Shown piece by piece: positions 58,701-64,000 of a stretch of DNA of 64,000 nt (its first letter is position 1; each line of letters opens with the position of its first letter). The notes under the pieces were generated by a model. That model saw only the letters and a list, made by a program, of their open reading frames with translations. It was not told the DNA's origin and searched no databases. A program made the translations under genes and the position numbers. Source of the DNA: the human T2T-CHM13v2.0 reference genome, Homo sapiens; the NCBI RefSeq assembly GCF_009914755.1, contig NC_060933.1; one strand, 5' to 3'.

Positions 58701-61700
58701 AATGGAATAAACCCGAGTGGAATGGCATGGAATGGAATGGAATGGAATGGAATGGTACGGAATAGAATGGAATGGAACGAAATGGAATGGAATGGAACGG
58801 AATGGAATGGAATGGAATGGAATCAACCTGAGTGCAATGGAATGGAATGGAATGGAATGGAATGGAATGGAAACAACCCGAATGGAATGGAATGTAATGG
58901 AGTGTAAGGAATTGAATACAATCAATCCGAATGTAATGGAATGGAATGGAACGGAATGGAATGGAATGGAATGCAGTGGAATGGAATCAAACCTAGTGCA
59001 ATGGAATGGAATGGAATGGAATGGAATGGAATGGATTGGATTCAACCCAAATGGAATGGAAAGCAATAGAATCAACCCGAGTGGAATGGCATGGAATGGA
59101 ATGGAATGGAATGGAATGGAATGGAATGGTACGGAATAGAATGGAATGGAACGAAATGGAATGGAATGGAATGGAATGGAACGGAATGGAATGGAATCAA
59201 CTCGATTGCAATGGAATGTAATGGAATGGAATGGAATTAACGCGAATAGAATGGAATGGAATGGAATGGAACGGAATGGAATGGAATGGGATGGAATGGA
59301 ATCAATCTGAGTGCAGGGGAATGGAATGGAATGGAATGCAATGGAATGGAATGTAATGGAATGGAATGCAATGGAATGGAATGGAATGGAATGGAATGCA
59401 ATGGAATCAACTCGATTGCAATGGGATGGAATGGAATGGAATGGAATGGAATGGAAGGGAATGGAATGGAATGGAATTAACCTGAACAGAATGGAATGGA
59501 ATGGAATGGAACGGTATGGAATGGAATGGAATGGAATGGAATCAACCCGATTGCAATGGAATGGAGTGGAATGGAATGGAATGGAATGGAAACAACCCGA
59601 ATGGAATGGAATGTAATGGAGTGTAAGGGAATTGAATAGAATCAATACGAATGTAATGGAATGGAATGGAACGGAATGGAATGCAATGGAATGGAATGCA
59701 ATGCAATGGAATGGGATCAACCCGAGTGTAATGGAATGGAATCGAAAGGAATGGAATGGAATGGAATGGTTTCAACACGAATGGAATGGAAAGGAATGGA
59801 ATCATCCCGAGTGGAATGGAATGGAATGGAATGGAATGGAATGGAATGGAATGGAATGGAATGAACCCGTGTGCAATGGAATGGAATCGAATGGAATGGA
59901 ATGGAATGGAATGGATTCAAGTCGAATGGAATGGAAAGGAATGGAATCAACCCGAATGGAATGGCATGGAATGGAATGGAATGAAATGGAATGGAATGGA
60001 ATGGAATGGTACGGAATAGAACGGAAAGAAACGAAATGGAATGGAATGGAATGGAATGGAAAGGAATCTAATGGAATCAACCCAAGTGCAGGGGAATGGA
60101 ATGGAATGGAAGGCAATGGAATGCAATCATCCGGAATTGAATGGAATGGAATGGAATGGAATGGAATCAACTCGATTGCAATGGAATGTAATGGAATGGA
60201 ATGGAAGGGAATTAACCCTAATAGAATGGAATGGAATGGAATGGAATGGAAGGGAATGGAATGGAATGGAATGGAATGGAATGGAATTAACCGGAATAGA
60301 ATGCAATGGAATGGAATGGAATGGAATGGAATGGAATGGAATGGAATGAAATGGAATCAACTCGATTTCAATGGAATGGAATGGAATGCAATGGAATGGA
60401 ATGGAATGGAATGGAATGAAATTAACCCGAATAGAATGGAATGGAATGGAATGGAATGGAATGGAATGGAATGGAATAGAGTGGAATGGAATGGAATGGA
60501 ATAGAATGGAATCCACCCGAGTGCAGGGGAATGGAATGGAATGGAATGCAATGGAATGGAATCATACGGAATGGAATGGAATGGAATGGAATGGAATCAA
60601 CCCGATTGCAATGGAATGGAGTGGAATGGAATGGAATGGAATGGAAACAACCCGAATGGAATGGAATGGAATGGAGTGTAAGGGAAGTGAATAGAATCAA
60701 TACGAATGTAATGGAATGGAATGGAACGGAATGGAATGCAATGGAATGGAATGGAATCCAATGGAATGGGTTCAACCCGAGTGCAATGGAATGGAATCGA
60801 AAGTAATTGAATGGAATGGAATGGATTCAACACGAATGGAATGGAAAGGAATGGAATCAACCCGAGTGGAATGGAATTTAATGGAATGGAATGGAATGGA
60901 ATGCAGTGAAATGGAATCTAACCTAGTGCAATGGAATGGAATGGAATGGAATGGAATGGAATGGATTAGATTCAACCCAAATGGAATGGAAAGCAATGGA
61001 ATCAACCCGAGTGGAATGGCATGGAATGGAATGGAATGGAATGGAATGGAATGGAATGGAATGGAAAGGTACGGAATAGAATGGAATGGAACGAAATGGA
61101 ATGGAATGGAATGGAATGGAATGGAATGGAATGGAATAGAATGGAATCCACCCGATTGCAGGGGAATGGAATGGAATGGAATGCAATGGAATGGAATGGA
61201 ATGGATTCAACCCGAATGGAATGGAAAGGAAAGGAATAAACCCGAGTGAAATGGCATGGAAGGGAATGGAATGGAATGCAATGGTACGGAGTAGAATGGA
61301 ATGGAACGAAATGGAATGGAATGGAATGGAATGGAATGGAATTGGATGGAATGAACCCGTGAGCAATGGAATGGAATGGAATGGAATGGAATGGAATGGA
61401 ATGGAATGGGTTCAACTCGAACGGAATGGAAAGGAATGGAATCAACCCGAGTGGAATGGCATGGAATGGAATGGAATGGAATGGAATGGAATGGAATGGA
61501 ATGGAATGGATTCAACCCGAATGGAATGGATTCAACCCGAATGGAATGGAAAGGAATGGAATAAACCCGAGTGGAATGGCATGGAATGGAGTGGAATGGA
61601 ATGGAATGGAAGGGAATGGTACGGAATAGAATGGAATGGAACGAAATGGAATGGAATGGAATGGAATGGAATGGAATGGAATGGAATGAACACGTGTGCA

Positions 61701-64000
61701 ATTGAATGGAATCGAATGGAATGGAATGCAATGGAATGGATTCAACTAGAATGGAATGGAAAGGAATGGAATCAACCCGAGTGGAATGGCATGGCATGGA
61801 ATGGAATGGAATGGAATGGAAAGGTACGGAATAGAATGGAATGGAACGAAATGGAATGGAATGGAATGGAATGAATGGAATGGAATGGAATAGAATGGAA
61901 TCCACCCGATTGCAGGGGAATGGAATGGAATGGAATGCAATGGAATGGAATGGAATGGATTCAACCCGAATGGAATGGAAAGGAATGGAATCAACCCGAG
62001 TGGAATGGCATGGAATGGAATGGAATGGAATGGAATGGTACGGAATAGAATGGAATGGAACGAAATGGAATGGAATGGAATGGAATGGAATGGAATGGAA
62101 TGGAATGGAATGGAATCAACCTGAGTGCAATGGAATGGAGTGGAATGGAATGTAATGGAATGGAAACAACCCGAATGGAATGGAATGTAATGGAGTGTAA
62201 GGGAATTGAATACAATCAATCCGAATGTAATGGAATGGAATGGAACGGAATGGAATGGAATGGAATGGAATGGAATGGAATGGAATGGAATGAAATGGAA
62301 TGGCAGGGAATGGAATGGAATCAACCCGAGTGCAAAGGAATGGAATGGAATGGAATAGAATGGAATGGAATGGAATGGATTCAACCCGAATGGAATGGAA
62401 AGGAATGTAATAAACCTGAGTGGAATGGCACGGAATGGAATGGAATGGAATGGAATGGTACGGAATAGAATGGAATGGAACGAAATGGAATGGAATGGAA
62501 TGGAATGGAATGGAATGGAATCAACCTGAGTGCAACGGAATGGAGTGGAATGGAATGTAATGGAATGGAAACAACCCGAATGGAATGGAATGTAATGGAG
62601 TGTAAGGGAATTGAATACAATCAATCCGAATGTAATGGAATGGAATGGAACGGAATGGAATGGAATGGAATGGAATGAAATGTAATGGAATGGAATGGAA
62701 TGGAATCAACCCGAGTGCAATGGAATGGAATGGAATGGAATGGAATGGAATGGAATGGATTGGATTCAACCCAAATGGAATGGAAAGCAATGGAATCAAC
62801 CCGAGTGGAATGGCATGGAATGGAATGGAATGGAATGGAATGGAATGGAATGGAATGGTACAGAATAAAATGGAATGGAACGAAATGGAATGGAATGGAA
62901 TGGAATGGAACGGAATGGAATGGAATCAACTCGATTGCAATGGAATGTAATGGAATGGAATGGAATGGAATTAACGCGAATAGAATGGAATGGAATGGAA
63001 TGGAACGGAATGGAATGGAATGGGATGGAATGGAATCAATCTGAGTGCAGGAGAATGGAATGGAATGGAATGCAATGGAATGGAATGGAATGGAATGCAA
63101 TGGAATCAACTAGATTGCAATGGGATGGAATGGAATGGAATGGAATGGAAGGGAATGGAATGGAATGGAATTAACCTGAACAGAATGGAATGGAATGGAA
63201 TGGAACGGAATTGAATGGAATGGAATGGAATGGAATGGAATGCAATGCAATGGGATCAACCCGAGTGCAGGGGAATGGAATGGAATGGAATGCAATGGAA
63301 TGGAATCAATCAACCCGAGTGCAATAGAATGCAGTGGAATGGAATGGAATGGAATGGAATGTACCCGAATGGAAAGGAATGTAATGGAGTGTAAGGGAAT
63401 TAAAAAGAATCAATCCGAATGTAATGGAATGGAATGGAACGGAATGGAATGGAATGGAATGGAATGGAATGGAATGGAATGAAATAGAATGGCATGGAAT
63501 GGAATGGAATCAACCCGAGTTCAATGGATTGGAATCAAATGGAATGGAATGGAATGGAATGGATTCAACCCGAATGGAATGGAAATGAATGGAATAAACC
63601 CGAGTGAAATGGCATGGAAGGGAATGGAACGGAATGGAATGGTAACGAATAGAATGGAATGGAACGAAATGGAATGGAATGGAATGGAATGGAATGGAAT
63701 GGAATGGAATGGAATGAACCCGTGTGCAATGGAATGGAATGGAATGGAATGGAATGGAATGGGTTCAACCAGAATGGAATGGAAAGGAATGGAATCAACC
63801 CGAGTGGAATGGCATGGAATGGAATGGAATGGAATGGAATGGAATGGAATGAAATGGAATGGAAGGGAATGGATTGAAATGGAATGGAATGGAATGGAAT
63901 CAACCCGAGTGCAATGTAATGGAATTGAATGGAATGGAATGGAATGGAATGGAATGAATTCAACCCGAATGGAATGGAAAGGAATGGAATAAACCCGAGT
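52736..64000 (-). repeat. Satellite III (HSat3) array in inverted orientation, (GGAAT)n on +
   Basis: Continuous GGAAT pentamers with CAACCCGAGT/CAACCCGAAT (e.g. 53731-53740, 63901-63910), the reverse complements of the left-hand modules. It runs off the end of the window. Confidence 0.97.
53335..62445 (-). repeat. Near-identical tandem duplication, unit ~4.55-4.56 kb x2 (53335-57890; 57891-62445)
   Basis: ORF pairs 53470/58028, 55079/59632, 56158/60716 and 57303/61841. Both copies share private variants such as the 1-bp-deleted gtgtaaggaatt (~54344/~58902), gaacggaaagaaacg (~55466/~60019) and ggcacgg (~57884/~62427). Confidence 0.93.

Noticed and set aside
16-63992. Hundreds of ORFs, up to 422 aa (e.g. 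48146-49390, 56654-57922, 58503-59720)
   Set aside because: Pure (CATTC)n has no stop codon in any frame on either strand, so long IPFHS/MEWNG repeat ORFs are expected. They overlap in all frames and show no domain-like sequence.
1-64000. CRISPR-like alternation of conserved modules and variable stretches
   Set aside because: The intervening stretches are themselves pentamer repeats, not unique spacers. There is no constant repeat/spacer length and no cas genes.
1-64000. Assignment to a named array or subfamily (DYZ1, D15Z1, chr9 HSat3) or to a chromosome or species
   Set aside because: There is no regular homogeneous 3.5-kb or 1.8-kb unit, and I saw only two KpnI sites (7931, 45637). A reliable assignment needs a k-mer or alignment search that I cannot run.
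1-64000. Telomeric repeats, alpha satellite or CENP-B boxes
   Set aside because: Only isolated TTAGGG hexamers occur (e.g. ~430, 9603) as point variants of TTCGGG. No 171-bp monomers or CENP-B box were seen.

Overview
The whole 64 kb window is human/great-ape-type Satellite III (HSat3): diverged (CATTC)n/(GGAAT)n pentamers interspersed with A(C/T)TCGGGTTG (reverse complement CAACCCGA(G/A)T) and related modules. I see no genes, RNA genes, transposons or CRISPR arrays. The listed ORFs are translations of the 5-bp repeat (IPFHS/MEWNG). The main structure is a single sharp strand switch at about 52736, with CATTC on + to the left, GGAAT on + to the right and no inserted foreign DNA. The array also has nested duplications (424 bp, 924 bp, ~1.17 kb, ~2.4 kb, a near-identical ~4.56 kb tandem pair, and a 7.5-8.3 kb block repeated ~12 kb downstream). 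It divides into three sequence-variant domains, and the inverted right end has long-range inverted homology to the left end. A variant module (ATTCCGGAAGATTCC) forms perfect three-unit heat-shock elements clustered at 33.5-44 kb. All alignments were done by eye, so boundaries are approximate (tens to ~100 bp).
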